Assembly: GCA_020137815.1 (NCBI GenBank)
Contig: CM035362.1
Coordinates: 5,084,001 to 5,148,000, forward strand
Reading direction: 5' to 3'
Origin: Hormiphora californensis
Taxonomy: Eukaryota > Animalia > Ctenophora
DNA length: 64,000 bases
The notes beneath the pieces were generated by a model. That model ran no database searches, was not told the origin of the DNA, and worked only from the letters and a program-made list of their open reading frames with translations. The translations under genes were made by a program, and so were the position numbers. Positions 1-13,691 of the stretch are shown in pieces; the stretch's first letter is position 1, and the number at the start of each line of letters is the position of its first letter.

Positions 1-178
1 CACTTTGTTATATGTTCTAAGCCTCCCAGGGCGCCCGAAACACAGTCTAGTCAGGTTGGTAACGAAATTACCCCTCTACTCTGTAGATAGGGCATTGCGA
101 TAGTAAGGCACGTTTTAGCATGCCCGCAATGTAGGGGTAATTGCGTTACCAACTAGTCAGGCAAAGCAGCAGTACCAA

Positions 179-274
179 CCTGTTCAACAACGGTGGAATC
201 CTCTGTTTTTGGGGTGCTAGTTGAACTGCTTGTAATGGCTGCCATCTCCCTTTCAGCCGCTTCTTTCTCCAGTG
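179..274 (-). other. Possible exon of an unidentified gene, inside the element that interrupts ARP6 intron 3
   Basis: Acceptor cttatcag, open reading ALEKEAAEREMAAITSSSTSTPKTEDSTVVEQ, donor gttggt. No recognisable family. Confidence 0.3.
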
Positions 275-794
275 CTGATAAGTGAGATATGTGTGTGTGA
301 GAGTTTCGTATTAGACACACTTTGTTTTTATTCGGTGAAATGCTAGATCACAATATGTCACGTGATGCCCATATATGGTATAAGTGGGAGAGAACCTAGG
401 GAGGGGATTTGATAGCTGAAGCGACGATATATTTAGTTAAGCTCAGATTAGTCTAACAAAATTCCAACAATTTCCACCCCTTCCCAGAAAGGCACCACGA
501 TTTGACAGCTGCAGAGTATTGATAAGTTCAGTTAATCCTTGTTTTCCAACTTTGTATGGACAGAGGGGGCCCGGGGCAGTTACATACATCCCCTTCCACC
601 AACTTTTGACAAATGAGATGTTTTTTGAGTAACAGTGCAGATTACCCAAAGTGGGGAATACCCACTGGCTGGATTACCCATTAGTAGTGGGAAAACTGTG
701 AATTTCAACCCCTTTGTAACAGTCACGTGACCAGTGGTCATGTGACTGTTACAGTTGAACACGTGACTGATACAAATGTCACATAGCTGTTACA

Positions 795-1048
795 GTTGTA
801 CTTCCGGGTGACAGCACGTGATTAATGTACTTCCGGGTCAGCCAAGTGACTTGTACCGTGTGACAGCACGTGATTAATGTACTTCCGGGTCAGCCAAACG
901 GAGTACATAGCGCGACAGCCAAACGGAGTATATGTCACGTGACAGCTAGACACTAAGCGACAGCCAAACGGAGTATATGTCACACGGTACAAGTCACTTG
1001 ACTGACCCGGAAGTACATTAATCACGTGCTGTCACCCGGAAGTACAAC
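795..1048. mobile_element. Palindromic MITE with ~45-bp TIRs (GTTGTACTTCCGGGTGACAGCACGTG...)
   Basis: Inverted termini. The equivalent empty site ttaca|gtgac is seen at 23281-23290. Confidence 0.7.
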
Positions 1049-1231
1049 GTGACTGGTTATCAGCCAATCAGGGACCAGTATTTCCTGATTCGGTCGGTTC
1101 TTGGTACGGAGTTTAGTACTGCATCAGTACTGCGTTAATAGTATTTAATAGTTTAAACTGTGCCCACTTAATACAGTGTTTAATACAGTGTTGCAACATG
1201 CTGCCACTGTAGTTTGTACTTCTACACCCAC

Positions 1232-1886
1232 CTGACGGGTTGAGTTTCAGGTGATCGTTAAATGTTGAATCCCAAATCGTCTTCTGTGTCTGCCAATTTA
1301 GAAGATAACCCTGTGAAATACAATATCTAATGGATCAATTAGCAAGCTAGTTAAACAATTAACATGAATTTTAACAGCCCGCATAAAGCGTTGTCCACGA
1401 CGTCTAAGACGCCATTCGCTGACATCGAATGCTTTTTTGTGCGACTTGGACGTCGTGGACAGAGATGAAGCAAACCTTCTGAAAGGTGTAGTGATGTGAA
1501 TACTGCTCATATCTGACACTTCTCAATGCTCTTCCCCACAAACGTGTGCCTCCTATCTTTTGGTCTCATTACCCATTGTGGATGATATCAGGAGATTTAT
1601 CTGTCTTAAAACCTGGTAGGAAACAGAAAATTTCAGCAGGAACCAACCGACACTTGTAAAGACACCATCAGAACTCTGATTTAGTCACGTGACTGGTTAT
1701 AAGCCAATCAGGGACCAGTAATTCCTGATTCGGTCGGTTCTTGCTTAATTTGATGGTTTGTTTGCTAAGTTGGTATCTTTTTGTTCTCCTACATTCGATG
1801 ATTACTTTACAGAAGTAATCGGTTTGATTCTAACCTGTTTTCATAGTGTAACTTCCATTGTCGAGGATAAGTACCTTTTCCACCAT
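1232..1886 (-). CDS. ACTR6: Actin-related protein 6, 5' exons 1-3 (1886-1835, 1612-1476, 1310-1232)
   Basis: Manual minus-strand translation gives MVEKVLILDNGSYTMKTG / FKTDKSPDIIHNG..RHTFVGKSIE..ITTPF(Q)K / GYLLNWQTQKTIWDSTFNDHLKLNPS. This matches the ARP6 N-terminus (LVLDNGAY..PFQKGYLVNWDVQRQVWD). Introns are GT-AG. Exon 2 needs three single-base restorations, probably assembly errors. Confidence 0.88.
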
Positions 1887-2520
1887 TGTGATCGATTTTG
1901 CTAAAAACAGTGGTAAGAGTGAGAGTGATTGTCTGAATTTGGAGAAGAAATAGGTTATAGGCAGGTTACAAGTAATAAGTATGATAAATGGACCAACTTA
2001 CAAAAAAAGAACCCGGGCATGTTAACCACAAATACTCGAGTACTTTGTATCAAAAGACGTGTGAGGGTAAACATACCCGAACTTACCGGCACAGCACTTG
2101 TATATATACCCCAAACACTTAAAGTACCCGAACTTTTTTGTAAGTTGCTCTGAAATATTAAACATGAAAAATGAAAATACATACCACTTCGTAAACTATA
2201 ATTAATAAATAAATAGTAAATGCTTAATGAACATTGATGTTCATTAAGCATTTACATAAATAAACTGATTGACAGTGTTGGTACTAAATACAGATTTTTT
2301 GAAGTTGTCACCTCCGGGGTGGCGTGTGAGTTTTTATTTGATTTATTATCCAATTTCGTCAAACAAAAACTTATGCTCTTTCCGATGATTATATGCGGCT
2401 TTTTGCCGAAAAGTGAGCGCAAATGAGGGCTGTCACGCACAAATACGACGCCGAACATGAAAAGTGGACAACTTCAAAAAATCCGACTATAGAAAGACCT
2501 CACAATTTCCATTTGATCTA

Positions 2521-3315
2521 TTAGAGTCTCTTTGGGCAGGTTATCTCATGAGATCTCAATGGGTCTAATTGTGCAAACTTATCCCCACAGAGAGAACATG
2601 AAAAGGGCTTCTCACCAGTGTGTATCCTCATATGCCTATTCAAGTTTCCTGCCTGTGTAAATCCCATTCCACACTCCTTACATTTGAATGGTCGATCACC
2701 AGTGTGAATTCGTTGATGAACTATATAGTAGCTAGAATGGGAAAACCTCTTCCCACACTCCTTACATTTGTAGGGTTTATCTCCAGTATGTACTCGTTTG
2801 TGTTTAGTAAGAGCAGAATTTACTTGAATGACATGGGACAAATGGAACATTTATGTTCGTGTTCTGAGTGGGATGTTTTGATGTGCTCTTCTAGATTCTC
2901 TCGTGGTACTCTTAATCCACACTTTCCTACCCGACAAGAAATCATGCACTGTTTGTTATGGGTTGTTTTGTGATATTTAAGATTAATTAACCATTTGAAC
3001 CTTTTTCCACATTCATCACATTCAAAGGGTCTATCACCACTGTGTTTCCCGTTGTGTCGAAAAAGGTCTGCTTTCAATTTAAAAGCAGTCGGACAAACAT
3101 CACACCGGTGTTTTCTATCTGATGGGTCAATTCTAACGTGCTCGAACAAGTCCTGCTCTGATGGTTTGAAAACTGAACACCCTCTGATTTTACACTGGAA
3201 ATACGAACTCTGCTCATTTGCTTCATTGGCAACTTTGGAAGTGTGTTCCCAATCATCAGTTGAATTGGAGGAAGACGCATTTTCCAGTACCGCGACCAAG
3301 TTTCCTTTTTGCCAT
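2521..3315 (-). pseudogene. C2H2 zinc-finger gene copy 1 (internally deleted N-terminal region, frameshift near 2822)
   Basis: ORFs 2820-3299 and 2521-2850 have HTGEKPF/HTGDKPY linkers. The ATG context at 3315 matches other copies, but most of the N-terminal region is missing. Confidence 0.7.
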
Positions 3316-3553
3316 ACTCTGTGGGAAAAATAGGTATTATTAGTTTTTAATTGTAAAAGAAGTAGGTTAGAGACAGACTAGAATAAACGACAGCTTTGTA
3401 AGATTACAAATTAAAAATATGATAATTACACTATCATTAACTATGAAACCCTCATACACATAGTTTAGCACTACACGCTTTGAATACCGTTTTTCTACTA
3501 CAAGCACCACTGTCACTTTCAGACGCAATAAATTCATAAAGACGGATATAATT

Positions 3554-5070
3554 TTAGAGTTTCTTTGAGCAGGATATTTCGTGAAGCCTCAGGGAAGTTG
3601 TCTGAGGGAATTTTTCGCCACAGAGAGTACATGAAAAGGGCTTCTCGCCAGTGTGTGTCCTGATATGCGTCTTCAAGTTTCCTGACTGTTTAAATACCAT
3701 TCCACAGACCTTACATTTGAATGGTCGCTCACCAGTATGAATCCGTTGATGCTTTTTACAATCTGAAAGATGGGAAAACTTCTTCCCACACTCCTCACAT
3801 TTGTATGGTTTATCTCCAGCATGTACTCGTTTGTGTGCAATAAGACGAGAATTACACTTGAATGACATTGGACACATGGAACATTTATGTCCGTATTCTG
3901 GATGGGCTGTTTTGACATGCTCTTCTAGATTCTCTCGGGGCACTCTTAGTCCACACTTTCTAACCCGACAAGAAATCATCCGCTGTTCGTTGTGAGTAAG
4001 TTTGTGACTTTGAAGATATTTTTTCAATTTGAACCTTTTTCCACATTGCATCATCACACCCAAAGGGTTTATCACTACTGTGGATTCTGCTGTGACAAAT
4101 CAAGTTTTTCTTCACTTCAAAAGCAGTCGGACAAATATTACACCGGAATTTTCTATCCAAGTGGTCAATTCTAACGTGCTCGAACAAGTCCTGCTCCGAT
4201 GGTTTTTAACCGAACACCCCCTGATTTTACACTGGAAATACGAACTCTGCTCATTTGTTTCATTGACAACTTTGGAAGTATGTTCCCTATCATCACTGGA
4301 ATGGGAGGAAGAATCAGGGGAAGAAGGTTCCTGGATTGTATTAGTTTTAGCTCGTTTAATTCTGGTAGATGTCCTAAGAGATCCTGATTTTAAAGAAACA
4401 GGCTGGTTAGATGGTTGAGGAAGGGTTTCCTGGGAAAGGTTTGGTGAAGTTGGTTGGTGGATACAATTTATCTCATCGTCTTCACTGGAGTCACTGAGAT
4501 CTGTAAGACCCAACATCATGTCATCTTCAGAGCTGCTAACCTCCTCCTCCTCACCACCAGATTCACCCAGACAATCATCTTCGTCTGAACACTCATCATC
4601 ATCTGAGGTGTCGTCATCTGAAACAGGTGAAATTGGTCAAATGACACTGTGTACAAGGGGTGTGGAGCAAGAATGAAACGAGAACAGAGTAAATGATAGT
4701 GAGATGAAAGAAGCTTACCATTATCAGAAGACACAATAATTGGTGAAGCAGTAGAAGTAGCAGGAATTAAGTTTGTGGCACCATCCCCGGTTTGAGTACC
4801 AACCTCCACCAACAAGGCTGTTTTAACAAGTCGGTACCCTAAACCCAAATGGTGAGTACCCGATGTTCCGCAACCCGAACATGTGAATAAAATGCTGTTC
4901 GAAGATATAATTAAACTCTTGGAGTCAGTGCAGGGCGTTTCGATCTCTGGTTTGCTTTCCACCTCGATTTGTTCCGTTTTCAGGAGGGCAGGAATGAGGA
5001 ATTTCCTGGGTGATTTTGAGATGCTTTTCGCTGAACTTTCAGTACCAGATCTTAGTTTTCCTTTTGCCAT
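3554..5070 (-). CDS. C2H2 zinc-finger gene copy 2 (2 exons, intron 4618-4718; indels present)
   Basis: N-terminal [22 protein letters not shown], then an acidic/Ser linker and about 8 fingers ending in a C2HC finger. Confidence 0.8.
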
Positions 5071-5207
5071 ACCTTATATGGGAGAAAAAATGTTTTTTTA
5101 GTCTGAACTTGGACATGAAATAGGTTAAGGGCAGAGGGGGGGGGGGTTCGAGGGTCAGGTTAAGATAAACGTCAACTTTGTAAGATCACAAATTAAAATT
5201 TAAAGTA

Positions 5208-6281
5208 CAGTCGGACCCCGATTTAACGGCCCCCGATTTAGCGGCACCCCGATTTAACGGCAGGATAAATTTCCCCCAAAATTTTTTTTGAAAATTTTTC
5301 AAAGGTCCGTGTATCAACTACGTCCTAATCGTGTTTTGGATCGGTGCATCTTATTACATGTCTTGCTGGTAATTAGACGGTTCGAAACGAACAGATATGT
5401 GATCCCCATGGGGCCCATTGAATCGCGATTTTGACGCTTGGTAAACTGGCCCCATGGCCATGGGGATCACGTATCGGTTCGTTTCGAACCGTCTAATTAG
5501 CGACAGGACGTGCGATAAGATGCACTGATTCGAAACACGATTCAGACGTGGTTGATAGGTATACCTATGAAAAATTTTCATAACTTTTTTTGCAAAATTT
5601 TACAGAATGATTGTCAATGCTTTGATCGGTGCTCCCCATGAATTTTCAGAGAAAAAGATATTTTGAGATTCGAATTCTTCCTCACCCCGCTTAAAGTGCT
5701 CCGATTCGGCATGGTGTTACGTATCGGTTCGTTTCGAACCGTCTAATTAGCGACAGGACATGCGATAAGATGCACTGATTCGATTAACGATTCAGACGTG
5801 GTTGATATAGTACCTTACAGTGGTCATCCGACATATTCCGACGTGAAATTCGACCTGAATCTCGACCTGGAATGAGGCGCGCATCAGAGAGATGTGCCAC
5901 AGTAAGCAAATGATGTCGGGCTTCAACTCTTCTCTCTCGTTAGTCTTTGTGTCTTTCTCACTACGAATGCGCGCCTCATTCCAGGTCGAGATTCAGGTCG
6001 AATTTCACGTCGAGGTATGGCAATTATGTCGGATGACCACTGTTAGAAAGTTTTTCATAACTTTTTTTGAAATTTGAAAAAAAAAATTTTCTTTTTCTAA
6101 CCAGAAATATCATGTAATCAATACATGGACATTGCATTTAATACTAGGAGTGTTTAGTATAGCATTTTGGACAAAAATAGGGTTTTATGGGCCAAAATGC
6201 TCTACCCCGATTTAACGGACACCCCGATTTAACGGACAAAACCCTTTCCCCCGAGGGTGCCGTTAAATCGGGGTCCGACTG
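5208..6281. mobile_element. Tc1/mariner-type non-autonomous element (TIR CAGTCGGACCCCGATTTA, TA TSD)
   Basis: TIRs flanked by TA. Empty site visible near 22040 in a paralogous unit. Shorter family members at 29261-29409, 45554-45632, 45936-46103, 62738-62837 and ~63510-63575. Confidence 0.85.
5818..6042. mobile_element. Nested palindromic MITE, PIF/Harbinger-like (TTA TSD)
   Basis: TIR CAGTGGTCATCCGACATA. TTA at 5815-5817 and 6043-6045. Confidence 0.75.
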
Positions 6282-6631
6282 TAATATAAATTCGGATTTT
6301 TTGAAATTATCATCCCCCTTTTCATGCATGGCCTTGTATTTGCGCGTGACAGCTCCCACTTGCTCTCACTTTTCAGCAAAAAGCCGCAAACCATTGGAAA
6401 GAGCATAATTTTTGGAGTCCGTAAAAGTTTTGTTTGACGAAATTGGTCAAGAAACAAAGGCGTGAGAGCAAAAACAAGTTTCCAACATGCAAATAAAAAC
6501 GTGCGCGCCACCCAGGGGGGTGAAAATTTCAAAAAATCCGACTTTAATATTTAAATGCCCTGATTAACTAATAAACCATCATGCTCTACGTTTAGCACTA
6601 CAAGTTTTGAATACCATTTTATAAAGTATAA

Positions 6632-9600
6632 TTAAAGTGTCCTTGAGCAGGTAATCTCATGAAATCTCAATGTGTTCAACCGGGAGAATCGTTTTCCACA
6701 GATATTAGGGTAGACCGGGGTAATTTGGACGGTTTTGGCATTCAATTGGTATTTCAGAGCCTATTAATTTACTTAATCAATTAGTTAGCTACTCAATTTG
6801 TGCAACTGAACCTTTATTTGAGCCTCAAACAAATTTGAATCGAAAACTAAACTTTATATAGCTAATTAACCTTGTTAATGGAGGTAAGTCGGAATATTTT
6901 TGATCGCGAAGCACGGGGCAATTTGGACTAGTGGCTTCTACACAATCACAATGCGCGCATTCAATCACGTGACCGCGACACACCCACATTGCCCCAGCTG
7001 TAAATCTGCGATGTAAATCAGACAGGTTGGGGCTATTTGGACAACTTGGATGTAGCCACAGTTTTTGAGATATCGATTTCAAACTTTTCAGTCATCTAGT
7101 AATTTAGTATCCCGTGCTATTCCTTTTTCCTTTTTTCAAAATTAGTTAATTAAGTAGTAATTAGCCTAATTAACCAAAAAATTAAGTGTTTATCAGATCT
7201 ATATCTAAGGGTGCATTTTCGAAAGCTCAGGATTAGCCTAGTCGATTAGAAAAAGTATTTAATCTAATCCCAAATGGGTTTTGAGACATCGACACCAGAT
7301 CAAAAAACCACAAATAAAGCTACGGTTTTCAAAGAAGCTGTTTGTGTTTTCAGGTGCTTACAAGGCCAGAAATTACTATTATGGGGATCCAGTCTAATCA
7401 ATCATGTTAGGGGCCGATTCCCACTCAATGCAATTCCCTGGGTTACTATAGCAACGGAGTTTGTACCATAGCAACCGGCGAATTGTGCATTAATGTATAT
7501 TTTCTTGCTCCAAATTCACCCATTACATCCGTATTATTAGCTATCGATTATTTAAACATGATTGTGAGTCACATGAGACATCAGACTATCTTCAGTTACT
7601 AGCCAGTCAGTGGCTTTGGTTTCAAATGTATGCCATTTGCTCTAAGTTAGCCTGTAATTTATCCCTTTATTCAGTTATATCAGCTGCATATATGGTATTA
7701 TCATGATAAAACACTACTTTTGGTCATCAAAGCACCAGTCCTAGATATTCTGGAGCACCCTATGAAGTTGGTTTGTCGAATGCCACACATGGATTGACTT
7801 GTTACCTTGGCATCCAGAGAATTGATTGTAAATGGCGCCTTTTTTCTATTTTTTGGTCTATTTACTCAGTTTTAGCCATCTATATTGGTTGAATAGGATA
7901 ATTATGAAAGCGAGGTTTTCTATTGTTACCATAGAAACGAGTATAATGGCGCCATGAGGCCAATTTGTTTTAACCAATTTGCCTCATGGGGCAATGGTCA
8001 GTTCCAAATTGCCCCATGGGGCAATCTGGATTATGACCGAATTGCCCCCGATTTTTCGTCCGAATTGCCCCAAATTGTCCGAATTGCCCGCTTCATTAAA
8101 ATGCCAATTAGCTAATTAAATCGAAAGCTAATGTCATTTGGATAGATGAAACTGAATAGAAAAGTATCATATTGTGAAATTCTGACCCTTAATTTAAATA
8201 ATTATCATAATTAGTTTACCGAAACAAAGTTTAACACTTTAAAGTCGTCATTTTTCGTTATTTCACACTAAACACCACAATTTAAAAGTCCCATATAAAT
8301 CACTAGTCCACATTGCCCCGTCCTGTAACCACATTGCCCCACCGTCCAAATTACCCCGGTCTACCCTACACAAAAAGGGCTTTTCTCCAGTGTGTGTTCT
8401 CATATGTATCTTCATGCATCCTAAATGTGTAAATGTCTTTCCACACTCCTTACATTTGAATGGTCGCTCACCAGTGTGAACCCGTTGATGAACTATATAG
8501 TAGCTAGAATGGGAAAACCTCTTCCCACACTCCTTACATTTGTAGGGTTTATCTCCAGTATGTACTCGTTTGTGAACGGTAAGATCAGAACTAGTTTTGA
8601 ATGACATGGGACAACTTGAACATTTATGTTTGTATTCTGGGTGTGCTGTTTTGATGTGCTCTTCTAGATTGTCTCGGAGCATTCTTAGTCCACACTTTCC
8701 TACCCGACAAGATATCGTCCATTGTTCGTTATGAGTAACTTTGTGATGTCTAAGGTCAGTCTTCAATTTAAAAGCAGTCGGACAAACATCACACCGGTGT
8801 TTTCTATCCGAATGGTAAATTCTAACATGCTCGAACAAATCCTGCTCCGATGGTTTTACAACTGAACACCCCCTGATTTTACACTGGAAATACGAACTCT
8901 GCTCATTTGTTTCATTGACAACTTTGGAAGTCTGTTCCCTATCATCACTGGAATGGGAGGAAGAATCAGGGAAGAAAGGTTCCTGAATTGGATTAGTTTT
9001 AGCTCGTTTAATTCTGGTAGATGTCCTAAGAGATCCAGATTTTAAAGAAACAGGCTGGTTAGATGGTTGAGGAAGGGTTTCCTGGGAAAGGTTTGGTGAA
9101 GTTGGTTGCTGGATACAATTTGTCTCATCGTCTTCACTGGAGTCACTGAGATCTGTAAGACCCAACATCATGTCATCTTCAGAGCTGCTAACCTCCTCCT
9201 CCTCACCACCAGATCACCCAGACAATCATCTTCGTCTGAACACCATCATCATCTGAGGTGTCGTCATCTGAAACAGGTGAAATTGGTCAAATGACACTGT
9301 GTACCAGGGGTGTGAAGCATGAATGAAACGAGAACAGAGTAAATGATAGTGAGATGAAAGAAGCTTACCATTATCAGAAGACACAATAATTGGTGAAGCA
9401 GTAGAAGTAGCAGGAATTGAGTGTGGCACCATCCCCTTCCATATTTACAGGATCTACAATAGCATCACGATCCAACAATCCGATATCGCCTAACATTCCA
9501 GAATCCTCTAAATGAATTTCAGGGTCACTAGACTCATCCCCAGTTTGAGTACCAACCTCCACCAACAAGGCTGTTTTAAAAAGTCGGTATTCGAAACCCA

Positions 9601-9814
9601 AATGGTGAGTACCCGATTTTCCGCAACCCGAACATGTGAATAAAATGTTGTTCGAAGTTATTGAACTCTTGGAGTCTGTGCAGGGCGTGTCGATCTCTGG
9701 TTTGACTTCCACCTCAATTTGTTCCGTTTTCAGGAGGGCAGGAATGAGGAATTTTCTAGCTGATTTTGAGATGTTTTTCGCTGAACTTCCTGTACTAGAT
9801 CTTCTTTTCGACAT
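6632..9814 (-). pseudogene. C2H2 zinc-finger gene copy 3, last finger interrupted by a transposon
   Basis: ORFs 9374-9856 and 8263-9171. Removing 6708-8366 plus one TA restores PFLCNICGKRFSRLNTLRFHEITCSRTL*. Confidence 0.8.
6708..8366. mobile_element. Non-autonomous DNA transposon (TIR GGGTAGACCGGGGTAATTTGGACGG, TA TSD)
   Basis: 25-bp perfect TIR with TA on both sides and subterminal ATTGCCCC repeats. No transposase ORF. Confidence 0.88.
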
Positions 9815-10056
9815 ACCCTGTGGGAAAAAATGGTTTATTAGTCTGGACTTTGACAAGAAATTATAGACAGGTTAAAATACACGAAAGCTTCGTAAGGTTA
9901 AAAGTTGAAATGATATGATAATTACACTCTAATTGCTATCATTAACTATCAAACCCACATGCACTACATTCAGCACTACATGTTTTGAATACCACTTTTC
10001 TACTACAAGCACCACTGTTGCATTCAGACACAATAAATTCATAAAGACAGAAATAA

Positions 10057-11672
10057 TTAGAGTTTCTATGAGCAGGATATTTCATGAAGTCTCAGGGAAG
10101 TTGACTGAGCGAATTGTTTCCCACAGAGTGTACACGAATAGGGCTTCTCGCCAGTATGTGTCCTCACATGCGTCTTCAAGCTTCCTACCTGTTTAAATAC
10201 CATTCCACAGACCTTACATTTGAATGGTCGCTCACCAGTATGAATCCGTTGATGCTTTTTACAATCTGAAAGATGGGAAAACTTCTTCCCACACTCCTCA
10301 CATTTGTATGGTTTATCTCCAGTATGTACTCGTTTGTGTTCAATAAGGGCAGAATTAAACTTGAATGTCATAGGACAACTGGCACATTTATGTTCGTATT
10401 CTGGATGGGATGTTTTGATGTGCTCTTCTAGATTCTCTCGGGTCATTCTTAGTCCACACTTTCCTACCCGACAAGATACTATCTGTTGTCTGCTGTGAGT
10501 AAGTTTGTGATGTTTTAGATTAATTTTTTGATAAAACTTCTTTCCACATTCGTCACACTCAAAGGCTTTATCCCCACAGTGGATTCTGCGATGACAAGTG
10601 AAGTTTTCCTTCAATTTAAAAGCAGTTGGACAAACATCACACCGGTATTTTCTATCTGGGTGGTCAACTTTAACGTGCTTGAACAAGTCCTGCTCCGATG
10701 GTTTTACAACCGAACACCCCCTGATTTTACATTGGAAATACGAACTCTGCTCATTTGTTTCATTGACAACTTTGGAATTATGTTCCATATCATCACTGAA
10801 ATGGGAGGAAGAATCAGTGGAAGAAGGTTCTCTGAACGGATTAGTTTTAAGCTCGTTTAATCTGGTAGATGTCCTAAGAGATCCAGATTAAAGAAACAGG
10901 CTGTTAGATGGTCGAGGAAGGGTTTCCTGGGAAGGTTTGGTGAAGTTGTTGTGTGCTGATACAATTTGTATCATCGTCTCACTGGAGTCCACTGGAGATC
11001 TGTAAGACCCACATCATGCATCTTCAGAGCTGCTAACCTCCTTCCTGCCTCACCACCTGATCTCACCCCAGACAATCCCCTTCGTCTGAACACTCATCAT
11101 CATCATCTGAGTGTCGTCATCTGAAACAGGTGAATTGGTCAAATGACACTGTGTACAAGGGGTGTGGAGGCAGGAATGAACGAGAACAGTAGTAAATGAT
11201 ATGAGATGAAAAGCTTACCATTATCAGAAGACACAATAATTGGTGAACAGTATGAAGATGGCAGGAATGAGTTGTGGATGGCACCACCTTCCATATCTAC
11301 AGGATTAACAATAGCATCACGATCCAATAATCCGTTATCCCCTAACACTCCAGAATCCTCTATTTGAATTTCAGGGTCAGTTAACTTATCCCCAGTTTGA
11401 GTACCAACCTCCACCAACAAGGCTGTTTTAACAAGTCGGTACCCTAAACCCAAATTGTGAGAACCAGATTTTCCGCAACACGAACATGTGAATAAAATGT
11501 TGTTCGAAGTTATTGAACTCTTGGAGTCTGTGCAGGGTGTGACGATCTCTGGTTTAACTTCCACCTCAATTTGTTCTGTTTTCAGGAGGGCAGGAATGAC
11601 GAATTTCCTGGCTGATTTTGTGATGTTTTTCGCTGAACTTCCAGTACCACGACCAAGTTTTCTTTTTGCCAT
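10057..11672 (-). CDS. C2H2 zinc-finger gene copy 4
   Basis: ORFs 11139-11672 and 10066-10788 (8 fingers). The middle segment is indel-rich. Confidence 0.78.
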
Positions 11673-12630
11673 ACTCTGTGGGAAAAATAAGAAGAAATGT
11701 TAGTATAGGGGTTGTACCCTTCGTTGGACGTCGGGTGACTCTGCTTCACAGCAGTTGAACAATGGGACCCCTTAAAAAGTTCAGCTCTTAAACAGCATTT
11801 TGGGGGGGGGGGGTGTCACCCTTTCTTCATGCCCTAATTTAAAAAAACGCTATGGGCAAAAATTGGGCAAACTCTAAAATAAATTCATTTTGAAGCTGTA
11901 AAGTTGAAAAAACTACTTTGAAATTTGATAAGAATTGATTTTGTCCTTTTTGGCCCATATAAAAATCAAAATTCACTGGGATTATAGGCTATTGGCAAAA
12001 AAGGTGACTTCCCACTCCCTCTAAATAGCGTTTACACCGTCGTTACAATGTAATCATTCTTGGAATAACGGCTGTGAAAACACTGTGAAAATACTGAACT
12101 TTTTTAGGGATCCCTATAGAGTTAGACAAGAAATTATTTATAGGCAGGTTAAAATAATAAAATAACTTTTTGTGGGTTTACAATTTGAGATATTATGACA
12201 ATTAAACCTTCCCCAATTGTATAAAATTAAGTGCTTAATACGATTCATAAAAATAACCTCACAAAATAATGACAAATCAGAGCATTAGATTGACGACGAG
12301 TACGTTAATATATCGACTATCGACGTTACTTATTAGACTTCCAAGGATCTTAAACCTATAGGTGCCGTATTAGAAGGCTAGTTAATACTGGGAGGACGCT
12401 GTTCCGATCTGCTGATTAGTGTTAGCATTTATTTAGCCCCAAAGCGGAATATAAACGTTAATTGTATTTGTATTTGTATTTGTTTGGCATAGTTTCAAAT
12501 GAGCAAGCTTGAGAGTCATTTTCTTTGCTACCATCATGCTCTACGTTAAACACACAAAATACCGTTTTCCCACTACATCACCACTGTTACATTCACACAC
12601 AATAAACTCATATAATAAAGAAAATTATAA

Positions 12631-13620
12631 TTAGAGTTTCTTTGAGCAGGATATCTCATGGAGTCTCAGGGAAGTTGACTGAGCGAATTGTTTCCCACAG
12701 AGTGGACACGAAAAGGGCTTTTCACCGGTGTGTGTCCTCATATGTATCTTCATGTGTCCTAACTGTGGAAATGTTTTTCCACACTCCTTACATTTGAATG
12801 GTCGCTCACCAGTATGAATCCGTTGATGCGCTTGAAAACTGCGACGGTGGGAAAACCTCTTCCCACACTCCATACATTTGTAGGGTTTATCTCCAGTATG
12901 TACTCGTTTGTGTTGAACAAGAGCAGAATTAAACTTGAATGACATGGGACAACTGGAACATTTATGTTCGTGTTTTGGATGGGCTGTTTTGATGTGCTTC
13001 TTCTAGATCTCTCTCGGGCATTCTTAGTCCACACTTTCCTACCCGACAAGAAATCATCAACTGACTGCTGTGAGTAAGTTTGTGAAATTGAAAAGACCTT
13101 TCCCATTTGAACCTTTTTTCACATTCATCACACTCGAAGGGTTTATCCTCACTGTGTTTCCCGCTGTGATGAAAAAGGACAGTCTTCAATTTAAAAGCAG
13201 TCGGACAAATATCGCACCGGTATTTTCTATCTGAATGGTCAATTCTAACGTGCTCGAACAAGGCCGCGCGGCGCCGGATGGGGGGCCAACAACCCGGCGC
13301 CCGGAGGGGACACGGAAAAGACGAACGCGGGGGGCGCAGGGGGGGCAGGGACAACTGGGGAGGAAGGGCGGGCGCCGAGCAGCACGGAAGGGGAGGGGAA
13401 GAAGCCGGGGAAGAAGGGGGCCGAGGAGGGAGGAGGGGGGGGAGCCGCGGGGAAGCGGGGAGAGGGCCAGAGAGAGCGCAGAGGGGAAAGGAGAACAAAA
13501 CCCACGGTAAAGGTGGGGGGGGGGGGTGGGGGGGGGGTGGGGTCCCCCCCCCCCGCCCCCCCCGGCTTTTTTTCGGGGAGGGGTGGGGGGGGGGGGGTGT
13601 TTTTTTTTGTTTTTGTTTTT

Positions 13621-13691
<71 letters not shown>

